DNA of 64,000 nucleotides from Eubacteriales bacterium. Its GTDB lineage: Bacteria > Bacillota > Clostridia > Saccharofermentanales > DTU023. Positions 1 through 9,192 of this stretch are shown here, piece after piece; position 1 is the stretch's first letter; every line of letters begins with the position of its first letter. Location: assembly GCA_030537595.1 (NCBI GenBank), contig JAUNVR010000002.1, positions 5,750-69,749 of the forward strand. Direction: 5' to 3'. The translations under genes were made by a program, and so were the position numbers. Below the pieces are notes generated by a model. It did no database searches, had not been told where the DNA came from, and worked only from the letters and a program-made list of their open reading frames with translations.

Positions 1-165
1 GGTTGTTTAATAGGAATTCACGCAGTTTTTTTCCTGCTGTATTTCGTCTCCGTTTAGCCATGAGCCTATTCTAGCAGAACTGAAGCCTGGGGCAAAACCA
101 TTATTGAGTTATCGACTATTCTCTCGTCAAAGTAGGCGCAGAGAATTAAGGATTGGATTACGCGA

Positions 166-2064
166 ATGTCAATAGATGCTTGTACTTTAAGAGAATTAAT
201 TAGGGAACTTTCTGACTTAATAATACCTAGCCGTGTTGAGCGCCTGCAACAGGTCGGCAAACAACGGCTGCTAATCAGCCTAAGATCTAGGGCAGGGCGT
301 TTTAAGCTGCTCTTGTCCGCTGATGCTTCAGAGTCTGTGATTTATCTAAGTGACGAGAGCTGGCAGAGCCCGGAGCGTCCACCGGCTTTTTTGCAGCAGT
401 TAAGAAAGCAGTTACAGGGGGCCGAGTTGAACTTTATTCGCGCCGTTGAGGATGAGCGGATTGCGGTTTTAGGTTTTACTCGTTTAAATGACTTAGGCGA
501 TCCTGAGGACTTACGCTTGATTGCAGAGCTGATGGGGCGGCACGCTAATTTAATCCTCTGCCGCGATGAGCTAATCCTTGAAGCAATTAAGCATATTGAT
601 TCAAGCCAATCCCGTTTCCGAGAAGTCATGCCAATGCGGACTTACGTAAAGCCGCCTGAGCAAAATGCGATCTCACCCCAGGAACTGCTAGATAGGCTGA
701 AAGCGGGCTCGGACCTAATGGAGCTAATTGCTGCTGAGGGGCAGACCGCCCCACTAGATCGTTTTTTAGTCAGAAATATTGCTGCTATTTCTCCCTTAAT
801 GATTGCGGATGCTCTGATCAATCACAGTTTGGACGAGCGCCTAGATTATAAGGCTTTAGACTCAGCTCAGAAAGAACGGCTAAGCTCTGCCTTAATCGAG
901 CTTTGTGAAAAATATCTCGAAGTAGCACAGGCAGCTTATCTTTATTATCGTGAAGCTGAGCTTAAAACTCCCTTTGCTTACCATGTAATAGATTTCAAAA
1001 GCTTACCCTACAGACGTAAGTTCAATAAGCTTAGTTCAGCCTTAAAAGCCTACTACAGCTCGCAGCACGCCGCCGCTGAGATTGCAGCGGAGCGGAGTAA
1101 TTTGGCTAAGGCTTTACAGAGAATTCGGAAGAATACTCAACGTAAACTCGAGCTCCATGAAAAAGACTTGGCAGCAAGTGCTGACCGCTATGACTTACAG
1201 AAACGCTGTGAGCTTTTGCAGGCAAACTTCGTGCGTTTAAAAGACTTAGCACCGGGGAGCGAAGAGCTGACTGTAATTGACTATTGGGACCCTGAATTAG
1301 CAGAAGTTAAAGTCAAGCTTAATCCAAAGATTTTACCGACTCGGAATGCAGAGTATTATTCTAAACAATATAAGAAAAAGATGGTGAAGGCAGAGAAGGC
1401 AGAAGCTTTTTTGAAGCAGGATCAGAGAAATTTAATCTATATTGGGGAGTTGGAGGAAAATCTGGCTAGGGCACAAAGTCTGGAGGACTTAGACGCAGTG
1501 AAAGAGGATATTGACCATCTCGCTGATTTGGCCTTCAGCCAAAAAAATGAAAGCTCTCCTGAAGCCTCCGGCTCTAATTCAAATAAAAAACAGCCTGATA
1601 TGGTTGGCAAAAGGCGGAGTAAGAAACAGCCACAGCGCAGCCGTAAAAAGCAAAAAACAGCGAAGCCAAAAGCCTTAAAAGCTCGCCGCTATGAATTTGA
1701 TGGAATCAGAATCGAGGTCGGGCGGAACAATTTACAAAATGATGAGCTCTCTTTACATCGAGCGAAGCGGGATAGCCAATGGTTCCATATTAAAAATAGG
1801 CCGGGAGCACACGTTGTCGTGCATGCGAAGAAATCTGAATTAAGCCCTGAGCTAGAGTTGGCAGCTGCTGAGCTTGCGGCCTGGTTTTCTAGTGCTAATC
1901 AAAACTTCGGTGAAGTCACTGCTGAAGTAGACCGTTGTACAGTAGGGAATTTACGTAAGACTAAGGGTTTGCCACCTGGGCAGCTTTTGTACTCTAGTGA
2001 AGCCAGCTACCGAGTTACAAGTAAAGGTCCAGAGAAGATCAAGGGTCTTAGCGATTTAGCTTAG
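166..2064 (+). CDS. rqcH: Ribosome quality control protein RqcH (NFACT / FbpA family)
   Basis: 632 aa. N-terminal FbpA/NFACT-N-like region, central coiled coil and a Lys-rich linker. The C-terminal NFACT-R/DUF814 motif is GRNNLQNDELSL...WFHIKNRPGAHVVV. Confidence 0.85.
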   Translation: MSIDACTLRELIRELSDLIIPSRVERLQQVGKQRLLISLRSRAGRFKLLLSADASESVIYLSDESWQSPERPPAFLQQLRKQLQGAELNFIRAVEDERIAVLGFTRLNDLGDPEDLRLIAELMGRHANLILCRDELILEAIKHIDSSQSRFREVMPMRTYVKPPEQNAISPQELLDRLKAGSDLMELIAAEGQTAPLDRFLVRNIAAISPLMIADALINHSLDERLDYKALDSAQKERLSSALIELCEKYLEVAQAAYLYYREAELKTPFAYHVIDFKSLPYRRKFNKLSSALKAYYSSQHAAAEIAAERSNLAKALQRIRKNTQRKLELHEKDLAASADRYDLQKRCELLQANFVRLKDLAPGSEELTVIDYWDPELAEVKVKLNPKILPTRNAEYYSKQYKKKMVKAEKAEAFLKQDQRNLIYIGELEENLARAQSLEDLDAVKEDIDHLADLAFSQKNESSPEASGSNSNKKQPDMVGKRRSKKQPQRSRKKQKTAKPKALKARRYEFDGIRIEVGRNNLQNDELSLHRAKRDSQWFHIKNRPGAHVVVHAKKSELSPELELAAAELAAWFSSANQNFGEVTAEVDRCTVGNLRKTKGLPPGQLLYSSEASYRVTSKGPEKIKGLSDLA

Positions 2065-2095
2065 GAGCAAAGTTCTAGTTTAAGTATTAAAAAGC

Positions 2096-2129
2096 AGGAA
2101 AGGCAGCGCTGAATTAGGCTGCCTTTCCT
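2096..2129. terminator. Perfect 12-bp stem hairpin between convergent rqcH and the prs-like gene
   Basis: aggaaaggcagc (2096-2107) pairs with gctgcctttcct (2118-2129) around a 10-nt loop. An A-run lies on the 5' side, which reads as a T-run on the minus strand, so it best fits a terminator for the minus-strand prs-like operon and may be bidirectional. Confidence 0.7.
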
Positions 2130-2167
2130 CTTAATCCTTGCGGAGAACTTAATTATTCAGCTTAAAG

Positions 2168-3391
2168 CTAGGGCATTTTACGCAGTAGCTTTTTAATCTT
2201 ATCAGTCGGGTCTAAGAGCGCTGACATTGAAGCGTTATGGTTTAAAGCATCAATTAAGAGGGCGATAAACTTACTCATATCAGCACTGATAAACCATTCC
2301 TGATCAGCCAAATCTGCTGGGTGGTAGTTGAGGTTAGTCGAGATGACATAATCGACCAGACCTTCTTCGTGGGCCTTGCTAAAGCGTTCAATTCCGTCGG
2401 TAAAGAGTGCGAAGCTGGAGACGCAGAAGATTCTTCTGGCATTTTTGGCCTTTAGAATTTTGGCCAAATCGAGCATTGAATCACCAGAGGAAATCATGTC
2501 ATCGACGATTAAAACATCATAGCCAGCGACGGAGTCACCAAGGAACTCGTGGGCAATGATCGGGTTACGGCCGTCGCGGATAGTGGTGTAGTCGCGCCGT
2601 TTATAGAATGTCCCGAGGGGTAGCCCGAGGACGGAGGCGAAGTACATTGATCTTTGGATTGCACCTTCGTCCGGGGAGATAACCATCATCTTGTCGCGCT
2701 CGAAGGAGAGGTCAGGGATCTCTCTAATCATTGATTTCAAAATCTGATAGGTTGTCGGGATTGATTCGAAGCCCGAAATAGGTACGGAGTTTGAAACTCT
2801 ATCGTCGTGTGCGTCGAAGGTGATGAAGTTATTGATTCCAAGGTGGAAGAGTTCTTCTAGCATGTAGGCGCAGTCTAAAGATTCCCGCGAGTTTTTGCGA
2901 TGCTGGCGTCCTTCGTAGAGGAAGGGCATGATGACATTGATGCGAGCGGCCTTACCTGAGGCTGCGAGGATTGTCCGCACGAGATCCTGGTAGTGATCGT
3001 CGGGTGACATCCGATTGGGCTGGCCAAACATTTTATATTCGCAGGAATAGTTGAGGGGATCGCAGATGATGTAAAGGTCGTGGCCTCTAACTGTATTTTT
3101 AATCACGGCTTTGGCTTCACCGGTCGCGAAACGAACACAGTCGACGGGGACGCGGTAGTCTGGGCGGACGAAGCCGGGGGTAAAGGCGTCGGAATCATCA
3201 AAGTTGGTGACGTACTCATTTCTGCGGTCGACGAGTCGGCTATTAATCTTTGCGCCGAAGTCTTTTGCACCGTCGAGGCAAATCATGCCGATTGGACCCA
3301 CAGCTGGCATCTTATTTTGGCCATATTGGTCATAAATGAAGTAATTTTTATCGTGGAATTTATCCAGTAATTTTTGTTGTTTATCAGTCAT
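2168..3391 (-). CDS. Ribose-phosphate pyrophosphokinase-like protein, long divergent form (paralog 1)
   Basis: 407 aa. Prs-like framework: RFATGEAKAVIKNTVRGHDLYII (compare RFsDGE..v.i.esvRG.dvfii), PFLYEGRQHRK (compare PYygYaRQDRK), TFDAHD, the PRPP/ribose-5-P loop VLIVDDMISSGDSM, and a KRR flexible loop. It carries insertions relative to the ~315-aa canonical Prs. Confidence 0.75.
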   Translation of the reverse strand: MTDKQQKLLDKFHDKNYFIYDQYGQNKMPAVGPIGMICLDGAKDFGAKINSRLVDRRNEYVTNFDDSDAFTPGFVRPDYRVPVDCVRFATGEAKAVIKNTVRGHDLYIICDPLNYSCEYKMFGQPNRMSPDDHYQDLVRTILAASGKAARINVIMPFLYEGRQHRKNSRESLDCAYMLEELFHLGINNFITFDAHDDRVSNSVPISGFESIPTTYQILKSMIREIPDLSFERDKMMVISPDEGAIQRSMYFASVLGLPLGTFYKRRDYTTIRDGRNPIIAHEFLGDSVAGYDVLIVDDMISSGDSMLDLAKILKAKNARRIFCVSSFALFTDGIERFSKAHEEGLVDYVISTNLNYHPADLADQEWFISADMSKFIALLIDALNHNASMSALLDPTDKIKKLLRKMP

Positions 3392-3401
3392 GCTGCTCCT
3401 C

Positions 3402-4625
3402 TTATACCTTTCCTTGTGCTTTGTAATGCTCAGCTAATCTAGCCTCAATGAAGCGTGAGGGGTCGATGGCCTTTTGTAAAGATTGGTTAAAGTTAACTAG
3501 ATCAATTATTTTAGCGACATAGTCAGATAAGTCGATTTCCATGAACCAGGACTTTTCTCTGACTTCAATCGGTAGATAGCTTAAATTAGAAACGAAGATT
3601 TTCTCGATTACGCCTTCATCTTTGGCCCCGTCAAAAAGTTGCCAGCCCCGGGAGAAGTGGGCGAAAGAAACTGCAATAAAGATTCTTCTAGCACCGCGAT
3701 CTTTAAGTTGAATTACGCAGTCCATGACAGTCTGTCCACTATCGAGCATATCATCGACAATCAAGACATCTTTACCCTTAACATTTTCGCCGAGGAATTC
3801 CTTCTGGGCTTTTTCAGCTGTGGTTGCAAGGGTTCTGACCTTCGTTCTTTTCCGATAAAAGATGCCGAGCGGGACTTTGAGGATTGAGGCGTAGTAAACA
3901 CAGCGGTTGATTGTGTTTTCGTCAGGCGCAACGACCATGAAATGCTCGGGATCTAACTGTAGGTCTGGGTAGTTGTCTAGTAAGGTTTTGACCATATGGT
4001 AGGAGGTCGGAAAAGTTTCAAAGTTATTGCGTGGGACGGCATTAGCAACTCTTGCATCATGTGCGTCAAAGGTGATGAAATTACTAACCCCATAACTAAA
4101 GAGTTCTTTTAACATCATGGCGCAGTCCATAGATCCGCGGTTGACTCTGCGATACCGCCTGCCGGCATAGAGGTAGGGCATCACAACGTTAATTCTGCGG
4201 GTAATGCCATGGGTAGCCGTAATAATCCGTAGTAGATCCTGATAATGGTCATCAGGTGAGAGTGAGACGAATTTGCGCATTCTACTCATGTATGCGCCGT
4301 GGTTTAGAACGTCAGAGATAATGAAAACATCGTGTCCTCTGACCGAGTCTATTAAGGTTGCTTGACCTTCACCGGAACTGAAGCGTGATAAGTCTACTTC
4401 AGTACGGTAATCACGCCGCAAAAAACCGCGCTCTTCTACGAGTTGGGCTTGGTTCTCAACTGCGAGAGCACGGCGTGCAGTCAGTTCTGAATTGATCTTG
4501 TCTGAAATCTCCAGTGGCATCTGGTGCGAGATTACAGCAAGAGGGCCGATCGGTTTGATTATTTTTTCGTGCAGGTGAGCAGTAGAGCTAGCACCTGCAG
4601 CAAGGTTGGGACCTTGTTGAGACAT
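3402..4625 (-). CDS. Ribose-phosphate pyrophosphokinase-like protein, long divergent form (paralog 2)
   Basis: 407 aa, the same length and layout as its neighbour: RFSSGEGQATLIDSVRGHDVFII, PYLYAGRRYRR, TFDAHD, VLIVDDMLDSGQTV. It is separated from paralog 1 by 10 nt. Confidence 0.7.
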   Translation of the reverse strand: MSQQGPNLAAGASSTAHLHEKIIKPIGPLAVISHQMPLEISDKINSELTARRALAVENQAQLVEERGFLRRDYRTEVDLSRFSSGEGQATLIDSVRGHDVFIISDVLNHGAYMSRMRKFVSLSPDDHYQDLLRIITATHGITRRINVVMPYLYAGRRYRRVNRGSMDCAMMLKELFSYGVSNFITFDAHDARVANAVPRNNFETFPTSYHMVKTLLDNYPDLQLDPEHFMVVAPDENTINRCVYYASILKVPLGIFYRKRTKVRTLATTAEKAQKEFLGENVKGKDVLIVDDMLDSGQTVMDCVIQLKDRGARRIFIAVSFAHFSRGWQLFDGAKDEGVIEKIFVSNLSYLPIEVREKSWFMEIDLSDYVAKIIDLVNFNQSLQKAIDPSRFIEARLAEHYKAQGKV

Positions 4626-4781
4626 CTTTGACCTCCCTTGGAAACTAGTATTTATAGTATAGAAAATTTATTAGCGCTAAACAAGCTGGGCAAAATCTTC
4701 ACAATTACGGCCTGAATTAAAGTCCTGGCTCGACCGCTGAGCTGGGATAGGCCATAATTAAAACGAATGGGAGGATGGATT

Positions 4782-5372
4782 ATGGAAAAGATAAATTTTA
4801 GACGGGCAAAGCTGGCAGTAGCAGCTCATACCAAAGCGCAGATTCCTGAGGCCTTGCGCCCGAGGATAATTTTTGCCGGGCGCTCCAACGTCGGTAAGAG
4901 TTCTTTGATTAACCTTCTGACTGGCCAAAAGAATCTAGCGCGGGTTAGTCAAACTCCGGGTAAGACGCAATCTTTGCTGTTTTTTGATATTGATGAGAAA
5001 ATCTGGCTCGTCGACTTGCCAGGTTATGGTTATGCGAAAAGCAGCTACAGTAAAAAGGAGGCTTTTTCCGATTTGGTCAGCCGCTTTTTAGAGCTTCATT
5101 CAGACCTCTCTCTGGTGCTTTTAATCATTGATTCCAGGCGAGGCCTACAAAAGGACGAGGGAGATTTTTTAGCCTGGGCCAATGCTCACAATATTCCCTT
5201 AAGAATAGTTTGTAATAAGATTGATCAGTTAAAGCAAAGTGAGCTGCAAAAGTTAAAGTCGCAATTTGGTAAGCAGGCCCTTTACACCTCTGTCCCTAAG
5301 CGGAGGGGTCTAAATGAACTGCGGCAAGCAATCGCTGATGCGGTAGGCTTGGAGGTTTTGCCCGTAGATTAG
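4782..5372 (+). CDS. engB: Ribosome biogenesis GTPase EngB/YsxC
   Basis: G1 GRSNVGKSSLIN, G3 DLPGYGYA, G4 NKID. I prefer the ATG at 4782 (GGGAGGA 6 nt upstream) over the track start at 4767. Confidence 0.9.
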   Translation: MEKINFRRAKLAVAAHTKAQIPEALRPRIIFAGRSNVGKSSLINLLTGQKNLARVSQTPGKTQSLLFFDIDEKIWLVDLPGYGYAKSSYSKKEAFSDLVSRFLELHSDLSLVLLIIDSRRGLQKDEGDFLAWANAHNIPLRIVCNKIDQLKQSELQKLKSQFGKQALYTSVPKRRGLNELRQAIADAVGLEVLPVD

Positions 5373-5398
5373 TCACTTAGTAAAAAACCATAAATTGA

Positions 5399-5438
5399 CG
5401 GTAAATTTTGAGCAATTGCTCGGATTTACCGTTTTTTT
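5399..5438 (+). terminator. Intrinsic terminator after engB
   Basis: cggtaaat ... atttaccg stem with an inner gagca/tgctc stem, followed by T7. Confidence 0.75.
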
Positions 5439-5484
5439 CTGCTCTTAACTTCCTTCCTCTGCTTGACAATGACTTAGAGAGGAG

Positions 5485-8049
5485 GTGAGTGATTTGTGGC
5501 GAAAAGCTGAAGTGATGAAACTAAGACTAGCTCGTTTTTACAGGGCGTGGCGTGCTTTAGACTTAAATCTATTTGATTCAGCTGAACCTGGTCTTGGAGC
5601 CTTAGTAGCGCTTTTAAGCTTGCTATTTATAGTTTTTATAAAATCTAGATTCAAGCATTTAGAAGCTTTAATTTTTTGCGCCTTCTTTTTAATTCTAGTC
5701 CTGATAAATTTGCGGAAAAATAGGCGGAGAGCTTTTGTTTTATTTTTATCAGCTCTCTTAATAATTGCGTTTTTTCGTTTTAGCAGATGCTTTGCTGCCT
5801 TTCAAAATGCGCCTGAATTGGCAGATTTGAGCTTAGAGGGTGAGTTCAAAGTTTTGCGCACAATTAGTCAGAACCGGACTCGCAATACGGCGGGCTATTT
5901 GCTGGAGTTTGTGGCTTCAGAGAAGGGGGCAGATGAAGCTAAGTATTCGGGGCTTAGGATAATTCTTTATGCTTCGCGGGAGCTGAACTATGTCAAAGCT
6001 TTCCGCGCACGCTTAGAGCTAGAGAAAATGACTGAGGCTTTAAACCCAGGGGCTTTCTCTCAAGCAGCCTACGGCCGAGGTTTTGCTGCGACTTTTTCAG
6101 CTCGCCTGAAGAAGGGGCAGTATGAGGTGCTTGAGTTTCGCCGCTTACTCCGCCTTAGAGAAAGCTTAACTCATGGCTTAGAGCAGCTAAGAACTTTATG
6201 GCAGGAGGATTTAGCTCCTGATTCTGTAGCCCTCTTAAATGCTTTATTTTTAGGCGATAAAAGTGCTTTACAGGCCTACGATCAGGAATGTCTTAGAACT
6301 TCCAGCTTAAGTCACCTAGCCTCTGTCTCAGGTTTACATCTTTACTTTATTCTGCAGCCTTTGCAGATGCTATTTCGTGCTTGTCCCAGGCTCAAACGCT
6401 TTGATTTAGCTCTAAGTTTATGCCTTTTATTGCCCTGGTACTTTCTGCTGGGTTTTAGACCAAGCTTTTTAAGGGCCTTACTATTATTTCTATTTAATCA
6501 CTTTGGGAGATATTCTGCTGCACGCTCTGGAGGGCTTAATAACTTAGCCTGGGTAGCCTTCTGCCTGATTTTCTATGAGCCTTTTCTGATCTTCAATCTT
6601 GGCTTTCAATTTTCATTTTTAGCCTCAGCTGCAATCTTAATTTTAGCGCCAAAGCTAAGCCAGCTATTGCTCAAATTATGTCCTATTTTAGGGGAGACGA
6701 TTACAGAGCTTCTTGCAGTCGGACTTGCAGTTCAATTACTGATGTTTTTACCCCAGTATTTAATTTCATGGCAAGTTAATCTCTTTGCGTTGGCCTTAAA
6801 TATTTTGGCGGCTTTTGTAGTGAATTTAATTTTTCAGCTTAGCTTCCTCCAGCTCGCTCTTTATGGGCTTCAAAGCCTGGTCCGGACTTTTATTTTTAAG
6901 ACTTTTAACTTCAGCTTCCTAAATAAAGTTCTGGCGCGTCTAGTCGATTCTACTACTGCGGCCTTTTTAACTTTAGCCAGAAAGGGTCAGGCTTTAGCTG
7001 GGCAGCTTTCTGGCAGGCGACAAATTTTCCTGCTCCTAACTTTTGTCATCTGCCTAATAGCTGCTTTTTTCCTCTGGCGTAAAAAGGCTCCTTGGCCCCA
7101 CCCGAAGTGGCGCTTACAAATTCTGCAGCTAGTCCTGATTCTAAGCTCAATTACCTTAACTTTGCACTTTGCTCTTTATCAGATGCAGCCAGATTTAGAG
7201 CTGCTATATCTTTCCGTAGGACAGGGTAATTCAACTTTAATCCGCTATGGTAAAACTGCTATTTTGATTGACGGGGGAGTACCAGAGCAGGCATACAGCT
7301 CCGTCTTGCCAGCCTTGCACTATTTTGGTGTTAAGAAAATAGATTTGGCAGTGATTAGTCATGGCCATAATGATCACATCGGAGGAATTTTGGAACTGCT
7401 TAAATTAGGCAAAGTTTCCTACCTCAGCTATCCAGAAAGTGAGGTTGACGAGCCTAATTCACCATATAATCAGGCTTTTTGGCGAGAGTTTAAAGCACGC
7501 TACCCGGGGCGCTCGCTGAGCGCTGGTGATCAGATTACTATCAGCTCTAAGCGAGGTTTTTCACTTAGTTCAGCTTCCAAGAGAGAGGATAGATTGGAGA
7601 TTAAGGTCTTAGCTCCAAGCTCGCAGAGGACTTGGCTAGAAAGCAATAAGAATGATGCTTCGGTGGTCCTCGAGTTGAGCTATCAGGATCTGAGCTTCCT
7701 CTTCACCGCAGATGCAACGGCTCCTGTGGAGGCTGAAATTATCCCCTTAATCCAAGGGGCAAAGCTCAAGGTCTTACAGGTTGCACATCACGGATCAACT
7801 ACCAGCAGTACTAGTGAATTTTTAGCTGCATATCCTCCGGATTTAGCGATTATCTCTGTCGGCCGAAACAATTACGGACATCCTAAGCCGGAAATCCTAG
7901 AACGCTTGGCTAGTAGCGGAAGAATTCTCCGGACTGACCAGGATGGCGCAATCCTGATACAATACAAAGGCGGGAATTGGACAGTCAGTACTCAACGCAG
8001 GAAAGCTAAGGCGATTCTCGTTAAAGAAGGAGAAAAATTAGCAGAATGA
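5485..8049 (+). CDS. comEC: DNA internalization competence protein ComEC/Rec2 (polytopic membrane domain plus C-terminal metallo-beta-lactamase domain)
   Basis: 854 aa with many TM helices. The C-terminal MBL motif is ISHGHNDHIGG with a later QVAHHGS. The start is uncertain: GTG 5485 abuts the AGGAGG, and TTG 5494 has better spacing. Confidence 0.85.
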   Translation: MSDLWRKAEVMKLRLARFYRAWRALDLNLFDSAEPGLGALVALLSLLFIVFIKSRFKHLEALIFCAFFLILVLINLRKNRRRAFVLFLSALLIIAFFRFSRCFAAFQNAPELADLSLEGEFKVLRTISQNRTRNTAGYLLEFVASEKGADEAKYSGLRIILYASRELNYVKAFRARLELEKMTEALNPGAFSQAAYGRGFAATFSARLKKGQYEVLEFRRLLRLRESLTHGLEQLRTLWQEDLAPDSVALLNALFLGDKSALQAYDQECLRTSSLSHLASVSGLHLYFILQPLQMLFRACPRLKRFDLALSLCLLLPWYFLLGFRPSFLRALLLFLFNHFGRYSAARSGGLNNLAWVAFCLIFYEPFLIFNLGFQFSFLASAAILILAPKLSQLLLKLCPILGETITELLAVGLAVQLLMFLPQYLISWQVNLFALALNILAAFVVNLIFQLSFLQLALYGLQSLVRTFIFKTFNFSFLNKVLARLVDSTTAAFLTLARKGQALAGQLSGRRQIFLLLTFVICLIAAFFLWRKKAPWPHPKWRLQILQLVLILSSITLTLHFALYQMQPDLELLYLSVGQGNSTLIRYGKTAILIDGGVPEQAYSSVLPALHYFGVKKIDLAVISHGHNDHIGGILELLKLGKVSYLSYPESEVDEPNSPYNQAFWREFKARYPGRSLSAGDQITISSKRGFSLSSASKREDRLEIKVLAPSSQRTWLESNKNDASVVLELSYQDLSFLFTADATAPVEAEIIPLIQGAKLKVLQVAHHGSTTSSTSEFLAAYPPDLAIISVGRNNYGHPKPEILERLASSGRILRTDQDGAILIQYKGGNWTVSTQRRKAKAILVKEGEKLAE

Positions 8050-9098
8050 CTAAAAGCTATACTGATTTAAGACGGGCAATAGAAAAGAAAGAAGTTCCTA
8101 ATTTAATATTTCTGCTTTATGAAGAGCCGTATTTGCTGCGCCAACTCGAGCGACTTTTAAAGGCTGAACTGATTCAAGCGGGCGCAGAAAGTTTAGATTA
8201 CATAGAACTAAGTGGGCAAAAGGCGGAGAATTTGCAAGTTGATAGCCTCCGTGAACTAAGCCAGACGCCAGCATTTGTTTCTGAGCGTAAATTGATTTTG
8301 GTCAAGGATTCTGGACTTTTCCGGCTTGGGAAGAATAACAGCCGGGGGCCCGCCTTTAGGCCAGAGGTCAAGGATCTATGGCTAGAGCTACTATCTGCTT
8401 TGCCGGATTCAGTAACTGTGGTGTTTAGAGAAAGTAAAATAGACCGCCGGCAAAAGAATTTTTGGCAGAGTTTGGAAGCTAGTGGAGCCTGGATTGTGGA
8501 GGTTAAGCAAGTAGATGAAGCGACCCTCTTTCAATGGATGACGGCAGTTCTAGCTCAGGCTGATTTAGCCTTGAGTCGTAGGGCAGCTGAGGATATCTCT
8601 GAGCGTTGTAATCTAGAGATGGATAGCATTTATATGGAAATGCAAAAACTCTCGGCAATTGCGCAGGCTAGAGGGCTAGAAGCAGTTACAGAAGAGCTGG
8701 TTAATGAGGCGGCTAGACCTAATTTGAATGCAGATATTTTTCAACTCTTAGATCAGCTAGCAAGCGGTCGAAGCGCAGAGGCTTTTAAGCTGAAAAAGCG
8801 TCTACTAGAGCGCCGTGAGCCCCTGCAGTTAATTCAGTTTATGCTGGCGCGAAAGCTGCGCCAACTGCTGATTGCTAAGGACATAGCTTCGGCACCCGCC
8901 CTCGCTAAACGGCTGAAAGTTCCGCCCTTTGTTGCGCGCAAGTTGATTCAGGAGGCGAAGAACTTTAAAAGCGAGGACTTAGAAGCACAGTATCGAACAT
9001 TATTCTTAAGTGATTGGCAGGTCAAGCAGGGCAAATTGTCTGATGATATTGCCTTTGACTTAGCACTTTTGGAACTCGGAGCCTTAAAAAAGAAATGA
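8046..9098 (+). CDS. holA: DNA polymerase III delta subunit (HolA)
   Basis: 350 aa with an ATGA overlap onto the comEC stop. This is the classic comEC-holA synteny of Bacillota, and the size and helical C-terminus fit. No sharp motif was visible by eye. Confidence 0.7.
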   Translation: MTKSYTDLRRAIEKKEVPNLIFLLYEEPYLLRQLERLLKAELIQAGAESLDYIELSGQKAENLQVDSLRELSQTPAFVSERKLILVKDSGLFRLGKNNSRGPAFRPEVKDLWLELLSALPDSVTVVFRESKIDRRQKNFWQSLEASGAWIVEVKQVDEATLFQWMTAVLAQADLALSRRAAEDISERCNLEMDSIYMEMQKLSAIAQARGLEAVTEELVNEAARPNLNADIFQLLDQLASGRSAEAFKLKKRLLERREPLQLIQFMLARKLRQLLIAKDIASAPALAKRLKVPPFVARKLIQEAKNFKSEDLEAQYRTLFLSDWQVKQGKLSDDIAFDLALLELGALKKK

Positions 9099-9192
9099 TC
9101 AAGTCAGAAGTAAATCTCAAGTAAGTGAAAAATACTTGGCGATAAGGCAGTCTTTTAATATAATTGGAAAAATTGGAGCAAGGAGCTGAACA

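Noticed and set aside
342-629. Antisense or alternate-frame ORFs from the six-frame track that lie wholly inside well-supported genes. Examples: 342-629(-), 3080-3370(+), 18413-18850(-), 30954-31298(-), 35261-35602(-), 44935-45291(-), 46319-46654(-), 55784-56098(-), 12517-12738(+), 13730-13972(+).
   Set aside because: Each is embedded in a longer gene with clear family motifs on the other strand or frame. Their translations are low-complexity (Ser/Arg/Pro/Ala-rich) with no recognizable motifs or ribosome-binding sites. They are shadow ORFs.
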